Position numbers and translations under genes: made by a program. The notes under the pieces were generated by a model. The model did not search any database. It was not told the origin of the DNA and saw nothing but the letters and a program-made list of their open reading frames with translations. From Octopus sinensis (Eukaryota), in the NCBI RefSeq assembly GCF_006345805.1, contig NC_043017.1, forward strand, positions 17,980,001 to 18,044,000: 64,000 nucleotides of DNA, written 5' to 3'. Below, piece after piece: positions 1-13,599 of the stretch. Each line of letters starts with the position of its first letter. Position 1 is the stretch's first letter.

Positions 1-1433
1 ATTAATATAATTTATTAACTGCAAAAATTCAACATGTTCTCTTACAGCTGTTTTGATTTTACCCAAAGAATTAAATTCTAATAATTAAAACATGTTTTGG
101 GGCAAAATCTCAGAGTCTGTTGAGATGTTTTGGAAGAATAACATCTAATAACCCAGTGGTATGTCTTTTCTACTCCTCTGATGAGATTTTGCCCCCAAAA
201 CCTATATATATCCTATATACAAAATACAAAATGGCTGACTGTTAGTAAGGAAAGACACACAAATAAGAAAGAAGAAAGCAAAGGACCACTGATGAGGTCA
301 CAGGAGTGTGACGAAAGAACTCTGGCCGAAATAAGATTAAGATTAATGTAAAAAATGAATAACGCTGAAGCAAAGCTACACCAAATGTATAGTGCGTGTG
401 TTTTTATTGGATAAAATGGCAAAATGACCATTCCTAAATACAACAATATATATATATATATATATTGTTATGGGTTAGACAAGGGAAGCAACAAATAAAA
501 CAAGCCTGTATGATTCAATTATGTATTGAGAAAAAATATGGCAAGACCCACATCAAAGACAGCACAAAGCTGTTATAATATATTTGAGTCCAAGGCACAA
601 GGCCATCACAAAATATTAGAATTCAAAGCACAGAGCTGTTACAAATAGATTGATAATATCAGTCCTTGTTGGTTGAAAATTCAATGTTGGAGATACAAAG
701 TCGTAGATTTCCTTGGTTTATTCCTTCCTCCAGTTCAACATTAACAACTATTATGCCTCAATCTCTCCTATCCTCCTTAGCAAAACCCTTGTCCTATATA
801 TATTTTTTATTTATTAATAAAGCTGCAAAGACAGCACAAAAACTGTTACTCAGAGTTTCACATTCCTGTCTGTCAGACAGTTTTGGTTGAGAATTCCAAC
901 CTCAACCAAAATATACTAGAGTAAGCACATAAATGTGAAACAAGGTGGAAGAAACAGTTCTTGAATACAGGAGGTAGAGTAGTATGCTTTATTAATAAAG
1001 CATATTACTCTACCTCTGGTATTTGAGTACTATTTTTTTCCACCTTGTTTCATATTTATGTGCTTACTCTGATATATATATATATATGTACACACATGCA
1101 TGCATGCATACACACACACACACACACACAAAGACAGACTGACAGGTATATATGTTATGTATGCATAAGTATGGGTGTGTATCTGTAAGCAACCATGAAC
1201 TAAACCTGGTTTGCATGTTAATCTTTTTGGAAACTCAATCGTTAATGTTTTGCTGAATAGAAACTTTCTGGAAAATGTTATTTCAATCATGTAACAATAC
1301 CTTTTTCTTAGACCAATAACCTTGTTTGTAATTTCTACTTGGATGGCCTAGGAAGATTCTTGCACTAAAATAAGTCATTGATAACTATCAGGCTCTCACA
1401 AGTCCTATACCTGCTCTCTATCTCAGTGTATAT

Positions 1434-1865
1434 TATCATCATCATCATCGTTTAGTGTCCACTTTCCATGCTAGCATGGGTTGGACGGTTCAACTGGGGT
1501 CTGTGAAGCCAGAAGGCTGCGCCAGGCCCAGTCTGATCTGGCAGTGTTTCTACGGCTGGATGCCCTTCCTAATGCCAACCACTCCGTGAGTGTAGTGGGT
1601 GCTTTTTACGTGCCACCAGCACAGGTGCCAGACGAGGTTGGCAAACGGCCACGATCAGACGGTGCTTTTACGTGCCACCAGCACGGGGGCCAGACGAAGC
1701 TGGCAACGGCCACAATCGGATGGTGCTTTTTATGTGCCACCGACATGAGGCCAGTTAGGGCGGCGCTGGCAACGGCCACATTCGGATGGTTCTCTTACGT
1801 ACCACCGGCACTGGTATCACAGCTGCAATTTCCATTGATGTTGATCGATTTCGATTTTGATTTGG
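1434..1865 (-). mobile_element. RTE 3'UTR-derived repeat. Further copies near 2925, 5360, 7607, 8650, 11345, 17860, 19370, 20330, 25715, 32740, 36650, 42980, 48298 and 60600
   Basis: Shared GGATGCCCTTCCTAACGCCAACCAC core, CCATGCTAGCATGG palindrome and (CAT/GAT)n tail. Confidence 0.88.
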
Positions 1866-3579
1866 ATAGACAAATTCCACCTTAGAGATGATATACCATA
1901 GTGACAAAATCTTGGTCTGGCAGATGACAAGGTCACAAATGATCAAACACGTGTGTATACAAAAAGAATAAAGAAAACTATAAAAAATTTGATTTAGTAG
2001 AGAAAAGAAAAATTATCGAATGTTACAAATTGTCCATGGAATAGCTGTAAATAAATAAAGTAGCTGTCTTTTTTTTAAAACTACATTTGGACTGTAGCAG
2101 TCTTTCAGTAACGAGTGAAATGCTTTGAATAAACGTGAAATATTTTAAATACTTGGTGTGTAATCATACATAGATATGTAGGCAGACTGAGGACAGGAAC
2201 TACTCACTCACTTACACACACTATGATATGAATATACAAACAGCACACACAAACATTTCAGTTTACCTAAATAATTGATTGATTGTGACAATACATTACT
2301 GTAGATAGATGATGCAAACTAATTATTGACCAGAAAAGTGAAGACAGAGAGAATCTAAAGATCCAGTATTTTGGGATATGACTGTGCTAATAATAACACA
2401 GGAATATAATATTGATTTCAATCTCAGACACAAAACAAATTCATAGACACACACACACACATACACACACACACAAATATGTATACACACATATACATAT
2501 GTACATATATCATATATATATATATATAAGAATTTTTTGCGTAATGAGATAAAAAAACTAAGGCTGTGTAGATATTAGAATATTTATAGATAGAAGGTCT
2601 TACAGCTGTTTCCAGGATATTTATTAATTATATCCCTTCATTGGAGATGGTGTGAGAGGATGGTTAAGTAATAATTAATTTAAATAGGATACAAAATAGA
2701 GAGTGAGGTGGAGGAAAGAAAATAGATGTGAGATATGTAGGGGTATTGAGTTTGTAGATCCATTTTTTAGAAAGAATGGTATATATGTAAGATTCCAATA
2801 CCTTATGAGAAAAATTCAACAGTATTTAAGATTGTCCATTCTAAGTATAGAGTTTATACACAATGTAAGATTCCACGAATAGTGTCATAAATAACAGTGA
2901 CAAACGAAGTATAAGGTGACATGTAAAAGTACCCACTACACTCTTGAAGTGGTTGGCATTAGGAAGAGCATCCAGCTGTAGAAACTCTGCCAGATCAGAT
3001 TGGAACCTGGTACAGCCATCTGGTTAGCCAGTCCTCAGTCAAATCGTCCAACCCACGCTAGCATGGAAAGCAGACATTAAACAATGATGATGATGATATA
3101 TACATATATACATTCATATATATACATAAATGTCAAACGAAGAAAATCAGTGTCCAACACCACATTGGTAGATATAATTTCTTTATTTGTGAATTAAGGC
3201 TACCATTGGTTTCAATGTTAAGAAAAGTAGAAAAATATCCTAGTGTCTTAGTAATTTTTCAAGCTGACCTCCATTTTGGAAAACCCAACCTTGTTTAGTT
3301 TGCGGGGATTCTGATGAATATATATGTAACTTAAATGTTAATATATTTAATGATTTAGTATTAAAAAGTTAACCAGAAACAATTATGTGATGAATTAAAG
3401 GCAATATTGGATAACTTCAGACATGTTTTAATTTTAATCTTATTAAGACCTCATTAGCAAACCTTGACTTCACCATGTTTACCAAAGTAAAGATAAGAGA
3501 ATGTAAATGTAGAAAATTCTACGAAATTAAAAATTCTTTTAGAGAATATAATTACTCAAAGTGGGATGGATGTATAGGT

Positions 3580-3915
3580 TATTAGACAGACAGTCAGACA
3601 GGAAAACTTTCAGAAAGGCAGGCAGTGAGATAGATAGAGAGAGGGGGGAGACAGACAGACAGGCGGATGGACAAACAGATGGAGAGATGAACAGACAGGC
3701 AGATAGACAGACAGGCAGTCAGACAGACAGCTTGATAGATAAATAGACAGATGGACAGACGGACGGACGGTTGGATGGATCGATGGATAGAGGGATGGAT
3801 GGATCTCTCTAGATGTGTAATATCTAGAGAAGATATAGAGAGAGTTTGATGGAGGTAGACAGGTAAATATACACATAGAGAGAGACAAGGTGAGAAAGAG
3901 AAAGAGAGACAGAGA
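3580..3915. repeat. Compound tetranucleotide microsatellite (GACA/GATA/GATG/GA)
   Basis: Directly visible. Confidence 0.9.
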
Positions 3916-4889
3916 TTATTTGGTAAGTTAATGGGTATAAGGAAAGAAACAAGTTAAAATAATCACTCTAATGCACTAAGATGTGAATGGAATAAATAAT
4001 AGAAGTGATTCTATAGAGATAGGGTAATGGTGGTGGTGGCAGTGGAAATTGGGGGGGATATTGGTTGAGGTGGTGAAGGTTGGTATTAGTAGTGATGGTA
4101 TCTGGTGTTGTTGGTATTGGTGGTGGTAATGGTAGTGGTGGGAATAATGGACATTACTTAAGATACTTCATAATAAGGATTAGTGAAAATAAGATGTTTA
4201 GAGACATTAATTTATTTAAATGAATGGATTATCCCTTCCTTTGAACCAACACAATGGAACCTCTTCAGTGTCACTCAACTTGCTAGAAATAGCAGCTTAA
4301 TCTCCCTCAAAACTCCATCCTATTGTCCTTGAAGAAAAGGGACACATTGGTTAGTGTAGTCCAACATGCCCCTAGAAATACAGGATGGTCAGAGCAGGAA
4401 TGCTTTTGATCATTGATCTGCTCAAGAAAGGCTCTGTGCATGTGTGTGCGTGCATGCATGCATGCGCATACGTGCATGCTCGTGCATATGTGTGTTTGTG
4501 TTAGTCTCTCACTACTTGACAACTGACGTTGGTTTGTGTACATTCCTGAAGCTTAGTAGTTTGGCAAGAGACACAGACAGAGTAGATACAAAACTTAAAA
4601 GAAGTACAGTTGTTGATTCAACCTTCAAGGCTATGCCCCAGCTTGGCCACAGTCCAGTGACAGGAAGTACAAGAATCAAAGAATATAAAGCTGATGATGT
4701 ACCTCAGCACACTTAGCATTTTATTTAGTTGGCCAAAGATTGCAAAAAAAAAAAAAAGAAAGAAAATAGGTTCTCCATTATACAAGTGTGTCGTTCTAAT
4801 TACAGGTGGGAATGAAACACGTCAATGACTAAACAACATCAAATTCTATTGCTATGCTACTTGCATCACACCATACAATCCCTTTCTTT

Positions 4890-5290
4890 CTGTTTCCGGC
4901 ACATACCAATTTCTTTACTACCCACAAGGGGCTAAACACAGCAAGGACAAACAAGGACAGACAAACGGATTAGGTCGTAACTGGTACTTAATTTATTGAC
5001 CAGTGCGTAACTGGTACTTAATTTATTGACCCCGAAAGGATGAAAGGCAACGTCAACCTTGGCGGAATTTGAACTCAGAACGTAACGGTAGATGAAATAC
5101 CTATTTCTTTACTACCCACAAGAGGCTAAACACAGAGAGGACAGACAAACGGATTAAGTCAATTACATCAACCCCAGTGCGTAACTGGTACTTAATTTAT
5201 CAACCCCGAAAGGATGAAAGGCAAAGTCGACCTCGGTGGAATTTGAACTTAGAACGTAGCGGCAAACGAAACACCACTAAGCATTTCACC
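4890..5290 (-). mobile_element. Head-to-tail dimer of a Nin/Deu-domain-like SINE. Other copies near 22790, 24591, 36440, 37030 and 55950
   Basis: Two tandem units of CTGGTACTTAATTTAT(T/C)GACCCCGAAAGGATGAAAGGCAA. Confidence 0.75.
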
Positions 5291-5661
5291 CGGATCTAAA
5301 CACTGTAACTTAGTGATGGTGGAGGGACAAACACAGATACATACATACAAGTGGTCGATGCCAATGCCATCTGACTGGTCCCATGCCAGTGGCATGTAAA
5401 AAGCACCATTCAAGCGTGGTCGTTGCCAGTGCCACCTGACTGGTGGCACCTGGTTGGTGGCACGTAAAAAGCACCATTTGAGCATGGTTGTTGCTGGTGG
5501 CATGTAAAAAGCACCCACTACACTCTCGGAGTGTAGAAACCTTGCCAGATCAGATTGGAGCCTGGTGCAGCCTCTTGGCTTGCCAGTCCTCAAACTGCCC
5601 AACCCATGCCAGCATAGAAAGCGGACGATAAGCGATGGTGATGATGATGATGAGGAGGAGG

Positions 5662-5700
<39 letters not shown>

Positions 5701-6314
5701 TGCATGACAGGCTTCTTTCAGTTTCCATCTACCAAAAATGCTCACAATGCTTTGGTCAGCCTGAGTATATAGAAGAAGACACTTGAACAAGGTGCCAGGC
5801 ATTGGGCCTGAACCCGGAACCATGTGGTTGGGAAGCAAGCTTCTTACCACACAGCCACAGAGACTTTTAGCCAACACCAAATGTGTAGGCAAATGTAAAT
5901 ACCTTGAGTTTATATACAACATCTCTCTAGATAAAGAATGAGACATCAACCAAATTAAGCTTCAGTCCTGAGTTAGCTTTTCATCAATGACCTAGTACCC
6001 TCATTAACTGGGGGACACTGCTTATAAACCCCCACTATTAGTAAGGAGTATCAAGGAATTGGTTGGACGACTTTACATACACACAACTCATTCTTGACAG
6101 TTATTTCAATTAATTAATTACTGATAACATAACAGTGTTCTTTTGTTTGCAAGACATCTAATCTACACAATGTATTAACAGATTTCTAACCATCATCCTT
6201 TATAGTAAACACATGTAAACATCTTATCTTTGTGAATAGTCAAGAGTTTACGCTGTCACAGATGAAATATAAACACAGGATTTAAAAACTAATCCTCATC
6301 TAATCTTCATATTA

Positions 6315-6620
6315 CAGACAGTTTTTCGAAATCAGTGACGAAAAGTTACTGGAAAAATGATATATAAGGATTTGCAAACGGACTCCCTTCATTGAAAACC
6401 GGTGATTGCCGTACACTGAAGACAGGCAAATACCTAGAAATTGCAGTCTGTGCATATCACTTAGGTTGACGAGAGAGGGATGACCTCCCTTTGCAAATAC
6501 CATAAGGGCACAGAAAGTGTGTCTAAAGCCAGCTGGAGACGATGATCTCCTGGGGCTACAAGCTACAGTAACACCCACCCTTAGTGGTTAGCCATATTGA
6601 GATGGCTAGTATACCTTACA
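6315..6620 (+). mobile_element. 5'-truncated retroposon with 14-bp TSD
   Basis: TAATCTTCATATTA is repeated at 6301-6314 and 6621-6634. The 3' ~95 bp recurs as both arms of the palindrome at 35460. Confidence 0.7.
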
Positions 6621-7864
6621 TAATCTTCATATTATATCCCTGATAATATTGTATGCCACACATAGCACTGTAACAGAATGTTGTAAACACAACTGAGAAA
6701 TATGAATTGTCTGGATTGGTGGATATTTTACTCCTTACAGTCAACCAGCTCCCATAATATAATACTGCCTACAGATTCCCATCATGCACGCTTAGAGAGA
6801 CCCTTGAAATATAAATAGCAAAGGTGCCCTTGGCATGATTTGAACTCAGAATGTAGACCTCTTCTCTGTCACTCAGGATATCGAATCTAGTTCTCTTTTG
6901 TTTCTGGCATTTCAAAATATAATCTTCAAAGACAGATTTTTGTTTATATGTTCACTTGTACTGTATCTCTGAAGTATTTTAAGTGTACGTTTCCTCACTT
7001 ACATATATATATATATTCATACAACTATGTATGTATATATATATATATATATTATATATATATATATGTATACTAGCTTAAGGTGACCCGCTCTATGTGC
7101 TGGTGAGGGTGTGATTATTACTTTCTCTTGCTTCCTTTCTGTTTCTTATCGCCACATTCTCCCTCTTTGTTTCTCTCTCACTTTCCCACTCTCTTACTCG
7201 TCCTTTCTCTCAGACTCTCCCTCGCTTTCTCTTACTCTCTATCTTTCTCTTATCTGTCTCTCTCCCATTTATAAAAAACAAAAGATCTTGAGTAAGTTGA
7301 GAAAGAAAATATTCTGAAAGATCAATCATAAATATCAGGCAGTGACAACGGAAAGCACACTTGCCTTTTGTACATGCCACTATTTGAGCGATTAAAAATA
7401 AGGTAAAAAAAATGATGCCGCCAGTTAAATGATGATGATGTGTCACAGGTTTCTTTCAATTTTGCTCAATCAAATCCACTCACAAGGCTTTTGGTCAGCC
7501 TGAGGCTATATTAGAAGATACTTGCCCAAGGTGCCTCACAGTGCGACTGAACTCAGAACATGTGGTTCTTACCGCACAGCCATGCTCGCACCTATATATA
7601 TATATATCATCATCATCATCATCGTTTAACGTCCGTTTTCCGCGCTAGCACGGGTTGGACGGTTCGACCGGGGTCTGGGGAGCCAGGGGCTGCCACAGGC
7701 TCCAGTCTAATGTGGCAGTATTTCTACAGCTGGATGCCCTTCCTAACGCCAACCACTCCGTGAGTGTAGTGGGTGCTTTTTACGTGCCACCTGCACAGGT
7801 GCCAGAGGGGTCTGACATCGGCCACGATCAGTTGGTGCTTTCGTGGCCGATGCCAGACCCCTCT

Positions 7865-7902
<38 letters not shown>

Positions 7903-7954
7903 ATCCAAACGTGGAACAAATATAGTATTATTGGAGGCTCAGGAAAGAAGGAGG

Positions 7955-7989
7955 GTTTAACGTTTCGAGCGGAGCTCTTCGTCGGAAAC
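7955..7989 (-). ncRNA. Minimal hammerhead-like motif with U4C core change (Penelope-type repeat)
   Basis: GUUU-CCGACGA-A-GAGC UCC GCUC-GAAA-CGUU-AAAC; same architecture as the 43705 motif. Confidence 0.4.
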
Positions 7990-8384
7990 ATAGTAGAAGG
8001 AAAGATCCAGAGAAGGGAAGACAGAGGAAAAAAAAATCGCCAACAGTACACACGCGGTCACAATGTTCTTTTAGAACGGTGAATTATTATCGCCTTCCTT
8101 CCACCTATACTCCCCCTTATAATATGGATTAGCACTGGACCCAGCCCTATACACTCACCTCATCACCCTTACCACTGACACTAATCTCTTCCCTTTCCCT
8201 TCAATACTCCCTTTCACAATAGTGTCTACTTTGTTATTCTCCCCACCTCCACCACCACCACCACCCTCTCACAACTGTAAATCTGTTCCTGTCACCATAC
8301 TTCACTTTCCCTCATCACCTTACCTAAAATAATCTCTCTCTCTCTCTCCCTATCTTCTCTTTAGTTATAGGTGTTCCTCTAGGC

Positions 8385-8604
8385 TAGTGCTTTTCAAACT
8401 TTTTGCTGGAGCAGAACCCCAAGGAAACATTCCACTGGCTTGAGGAACCCCTGTGCAATAATTTAATAGTCTTATGCACACATATCTGCACAGGAGAATT
8501 AAAAATTACTGCCGATTTTAGCAGTTTTGTAACTTCTTGCGGAACCCCTGGACTGTACTGGCAGAACCCTAAGGTTCCATGGAACCCTGGTTGGAAACCC
8601 ACTG
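8385..8604. mobile_element. hAT (Charlie-like) MITE
   Basis: (C/T)AGTG...CACTG termini; near-perfect 8-bp TSD CTCTAGGC/CTCTAAGC; homologous to 55480-55680. Confidence 0.85.
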
Positions 8605-9998
8605 CTCTAAGCCCTTCTTTCAAGTTGCAAAGTGACCTTACTACTACTGGTGCCATGTAAAAAGCACCCAGTACATTCCATAAAGTGGCTCCTGTTAAGA
8701 AAGGCTTCCGACCATAAACACAATGCCAAAACAAACATTGGAACATAATGCAGTCTTCCAGGTTGCTACATCCTGTTAAACCATCCAATCCATGCCAGCA
8801 GGAAGAGTGGACATTAAATGATGATGATGATGATGATGATCGTCCACATGGTTTATGGCTCAACTTGCAACAATTCACTATGGTGCCCTAAAGAACAGCT
8901 GTTGCAAGTATGCTGCACCAGCTGGTTGGAGCACTATTTTAAAAATTACATTTCTCTTTGAACAGACTTTGTACATGGTTGCTCAACCTTCCGAAAATAG
9001 CAACCAAATCTCCCTCTTTGTCTTAAATAAGGATGGACATAATGCAGTCTTAGATAGACTATAGAAGATGGAATTAGTTATAATTCAAACGCCATTGACC
9101 ATAGGTCACTCAGTTGGAGTGACCCTGGACCGAACACCTATGGCAACACCACCAACAACAACAACAGCACCACCACCATCACCACCAAAACCATGACGGT
9201 ACTGTCACCACTACTACCAATGCCATCACTATGATGCCAACCAACCACTGCCACCACCCATCACCATCAATATCATCATCATCACTACCACCACCATCAT
9301 CACCAACATCACCATTGCCAACACCACCATCATTGATCTAACATTCCAACCAGAATTACTCTAAAGTGAAGCCATTGATGGACCACAATGAGGAAATGGA
9401 AAGAGGATGGCAGGAGGAAGGACCAGAGAGGAGGATGCGGGTGTCCAAATCTTCTATGAATGCTTGTTTCTGGCAGCTGTGGCCATTATTGGTCATTATT
9501 GGTCAGTGTGGCTTGTTTATTTCCTCTGACTTATTCTGGCCTTTTGTTTGTGTGGTTGAATGTTTGTTGGGTTTTTTTTTTATCTTTTGTGTCTGTGTTT
9601 TGTTTGCCTGCCATAATTTACCTTATTTATAAGTGTATATATATATATATATACATATATACACACATTTCTATACAAACACAATTATGCACACACACTT
9701 ATACATACAAGTTTAACTTCATAAAATCAATACCACGTTTTGTGCCTGCAGCATATTGAATACATTAATACATGTACAATAATAAGCAGGTATATTGTGT
9801 ACAAATGCACAGACATCATCATCATCATTGTCGTCATCGTTGTCATTGTATCTATCATTTTGCCCCCACCTTCTAGGCTGGCATTGATTGAATGGTTTGT
9901 CAGAATTCAACAAGTTGAAGGAGAAGGTTGTGCTTCAGTGTCTCAGTTTTGGTCCTCTTTGTCACCAACTACTTTATAGAGTCTACTGAGGGCTTTAA

Positions 9999-10212
9999 CC
10001 CTTTAGTGTTCAGCTTAATCTGTTAAATGTAATACATTTTTCACTCAAATTATTTTCAGGAGTGGCGGTGTGGTAAGTAGCTTGCTAACCAACCACATGG
10101 TTCCGGGTTCAGTCCCACTGCGTGGCATCTTGGGCAAGTGTCTTCTGCTATAGCCTCGGGCCGACCAATGCCTTGTGAGTGGATTTGGTAGACGGAAACT
10201 GAAAGAAGCCTG

Positions 10213-10252
<40 letters not shown>

Positions 10253-10626
10253 TTGTGTGTATGTTTGTGTCTGTGTTTGTCCCCCTAGCATTGCTTGACA
10301 ACCGATGCTGGTGTGTTTACGTCCCCGTCACTTAGCGGTTCGGCAAAAGAGACCGATATAATAAGTACTGGGCTTACAAAGAATAAGTCCCGAGGTCGAT
10401 TTGCTCGACTAAAAGCGGTGCTCCAGCATGGCCGCAGTCAAATGACTGAAACAAGTAAAAGAGTAATTAATCATACATTATCTTACAGCTTTGAAGTTTC
10501 GATGGTGTGATAGTTTATTCTTAGAATGTCAATGTAGGTTAGGTGTGAGGGGTTAGATATGGCCAGTTTGAATGTAAAACATGTTGGATATTTGGGCCGG
10601 ATATGGCCGGCTTAAACACCAAAGGG
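9999..10626. mobile_element. piggyBac-type MITE with a nested tRNA-SINE (about 10058-10465)
   Basis: TTAA-CCCTTTAGTGTT ... AACACCAAAGGG-TTAA. Confidence 0.8.
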
Positions 10627-11767
10627 TTAATTGTGGTGCCGTCATTGTAGAGAATGCTTTACAACAGACAACACTAAAGAACTACCTTGATGGAAGGCTG
10701 ACCTAGGGTTGAATAACAACAACAACAACAACAATTGAATGATCAAAGTATGTACACACATACACATATACACATCTGTGTACGTTTACTGCTTCTCTTT
10801 TCCCTTCCCCCACACCACCAAACCTCAGTCCAACACCTAGTCCCCACTCCCCAGCAACACGGTTGCAACTAGACAAGCATACGTCTGTCATGCCTGCACA
10901 CATTATTACCAAAGGCATGAAAAACATATGTACTCACACGCATGCTCCAAATGAAAACACACACACACACACACACAAAACAATAACCTATCCATGCATT
11001 TGCACAGCTGTTATACATACACACTCACACTCTCACCAGCCTAGCTTTTGTTGGCTTCTAAGTCTGCCAGATACCAAGGCACCACCAGTGTCCTGTCCAG
11101 CCACACAGTGCATGAAGTTCTCCTTTCTAATGCACCTGGTATTAATGAAATAGCAACCTCACTTCTAACAACACCATGTTTACCATGTTTCTTGCCCTGA
11201 CCAATAGCAGCTCATTTTCCAGCAGCTGTCTAGAACTTCCTGCATGTCTCTATTTGGTAGGCCCCAGTTAGGAGCCTACAAAACTTTAAGTCGCATGGAG
11301 CCAAACCAAACTGTTTTGAATAATAATAATAATAATGATGATGATGATGATGATAATAATAATAAGATCATTATCATCATCATTTAACGTCTGCTTTCCA
11401 TGCTAGCATGGGTTGGACGGTTCAACTGGGGTCTGGGGAGCCCGAAGGCTGCACCAGGCCAGTCAGATCTGGCAGTGTTTCTACAGCTGGATGCCCTTCC
11501 TAACGCCAACCACTCCGAGAGTGTAGTGGGTGATTTTATGTGCCACCAACACAGGTGCCAGACGAGGCTGGCGAACGGCCACGATCGGATGGTGTTTGTT
11601 ACGTGCCCACAGCACGGAGGCCAGTCCATGCAGTACTGGCTACGGCCACGTTCGGATGGTTTTCTTGTATGCCACCGGCACTGGTACCACAAAGATACAA
11701 ATTCCATTGATGTTCATCTATTTTGATTTGATTTGATTTGATTTTGATTTTCACTTGCCTCAACAGG

Positions 11768-11805
<38 letters not shown>

Positions 11806-11909
11806 GTATGCATGTATACACACACATATAATATATAGAGAGAGGGTGATAGATAAATATATACATACATACACATATACACACATATATGCTGACATAT
11901 ATAAATATA

Positions 11910-12465
11910 TGTATTGGGTTGGCAAAAAAGGCCCCTCTTCCAATATTCACTTGTCCATGATGAAAAATACTTCTCCAGTATTGTCCAGTATTCTGATCTA
12001 CAGAATTTATATTTTTTCTATCCAAATGATTTTGAAGACTGCAGGATAAATAATAATCAAATAAGACAATGTCTTGCAAATATGGTGGGTGGGGTACTGT
12101 TTCCCATTCAAACTGCTCCAGCCTTTGGAATGTCATCCTTGCTGTTTGTGACCTTCCTGATGGAAGAACACCTTTCGTCTGGAAACCAAAGATGATCGTT
12201 TTTCTTCAAGCACTGACTTAAGCCGTTCAAGCTTCTCACAGTAGATCTCTTTTGTTATCATTGGTTTGGGTTCAAAGTGGACTAAACCTTTCCTATTCCA
12301 CCAAACAGACAACAACACTTTACGTGGGTGAAGACCTTCTTTAGCCTGGGGTGCTGATGTTTCTCCTTTCCCTCCCCACTGCCTTTGGTGCTTGACATTT
12401 TTATTGAGAACCCGTTTCTTATCACCAGTCATTATTCGGTCCAAAAAAGTTCATTTTTGAGATGT
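11910..12465 (-). mobile_element. Decayed mariner transposase fragment
   Basis: ORF fragments DRIMTGDKK, KVLLSVWWN and PHPPYLQD..LFDY; TIR-like TATTGGGTTGGCAAAAAAG. Confidence 0.88.
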
Positions 12466-12621
12466 GACAGCAAAGAAGAGCCTCTTCCTTCCCCTCCTAA
12501 ATTTGGCTGCCCACTTTTGCCCTATTGATTTTGCTGGAACATCTAGTCACTAGTTACTTTTGAAGTCTTTGAACAGTCAGATGTGAGTTTAGCTAAAAAG
12601 AATCAATGCAATTGTTATTGA

Positions 12622-12842
12622 CCCTTTAGCATTTAAACCAGCCATATCCGGCCAAAAGTATTCTGCCTGTTTTATGTTCAAACTGGCCAGATCAGGTCTC
12701 TCACACTAACCCTACAATATCGTTTTAAAAATTAACAGCTACCTCATCAAAATCTCATAGCTACAAGATAATTCATGATAAGTTCAAAACTATGTGGGTG
12801 GAAAAGCATTAATTTTGGTAGAATAATGTGAACACCAAAGGG
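12622..12842. mobile_element. piggyBac-type MITE
   Basis: CCCTTTAG ... CCAAAGGG-TTAA; related to the 9999 element. Confidence 0.75.
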
Positions 12843-13599
12843 TTAAGAGCTGAAATTACTGCATGCAAGATTTCACAGTGCTAGCATCACTCCTTCGTAG
12901 TCTGCCTATGAACTTTTCAACCCATCCTCATAGTAATGAAGGAGAATGTTCTGAAATTATAATAGCCAAAGAAAGAACATGTAGGAGAAAGTTTAAAGAG
13001 TTATTACCTCTGTTAGCAACAAAGGCATTCTCGCTTTCTTTCCCCTTCTCTCTCTCCCCACTCTCTCTCATTCTTTCTCTTTACAATTGAAAGGCTGTAT
13101 GATGTTTTTGTTAGAACTGCAATGTTGTAAGGTAGTAAGACGTGATCATTGAATGCAGAGGTCTTACAAAGACTATAACTGTTCAACCCATGACAGCAAA
13201 GAAAATAGAACAAAGAATGATGATGATATATTTGTTTATGCATACATTGGAAGATATAGACCTTTTGTGATTCTACATCATGACTAGAAATTTCATTTTG
13301 AGGATCCCTAGATAAGTAACAAATGATAAAACACAAGCTCTTATACAAATATCAGCAGCATACAGATTGGGAAGTATTCTATGTCTGATGAGAGTTGAAG
13401 CTCGTTAGAGAGTTTCATTTTATTTGACTAAGGAGAGAAGGAAAGAAAAAGACATTTGTTTACAATTGTCAGGCTACAACAATAGATCTCATGGGTTGAG
13501 AAAATAGGTTTTCTATGAACCATACAAAAGACAGAGTAGAGGATGAACACTGTATAATGCATAATTAATTCATTCATATACACACACACACGTGTTGGG

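Noticed and set aside
1300-1366. Minus-strand exon candidates here (ARIFLGHPSRNYKQGYWSKKK) and near 11190-11280
   Set aside because: No recognisable homology or phase-linked neighbouring exons; short open frames are expected by chance.
1481-1885. Recurrent ORFs containing DLAVFLQLDALPNANHS
   Set aside because: Antisense translation of the RTE 3'UTR repeat. The recurrence reflects copy number, not a protein family.
2596-2648. Hammerhead-like motif on the minus strand (GAAACAGCUGUA, stem II GGAUAU/AUAUCC)
   Set aside because: The core has decayed to CCAAUGA and stem I is only 3 bp; a dead Penelope-type copy.
4890-5290. Regularly spaced direct repeats resembling a CRISPR array
   Set aside because: A eukaryotic SINE dimer with no unique spacers.
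10058-10130. tRNA-like sequences here and at other SINE heads
   Set aside because: These are SINE 5' ends with A/B boxes that continue into SINE bodies; no complete cloverleaf.
13380-13415. CTGATGA-GAG..CTC-GTTA
   Set aside because: GAAA is missing; a chance match.
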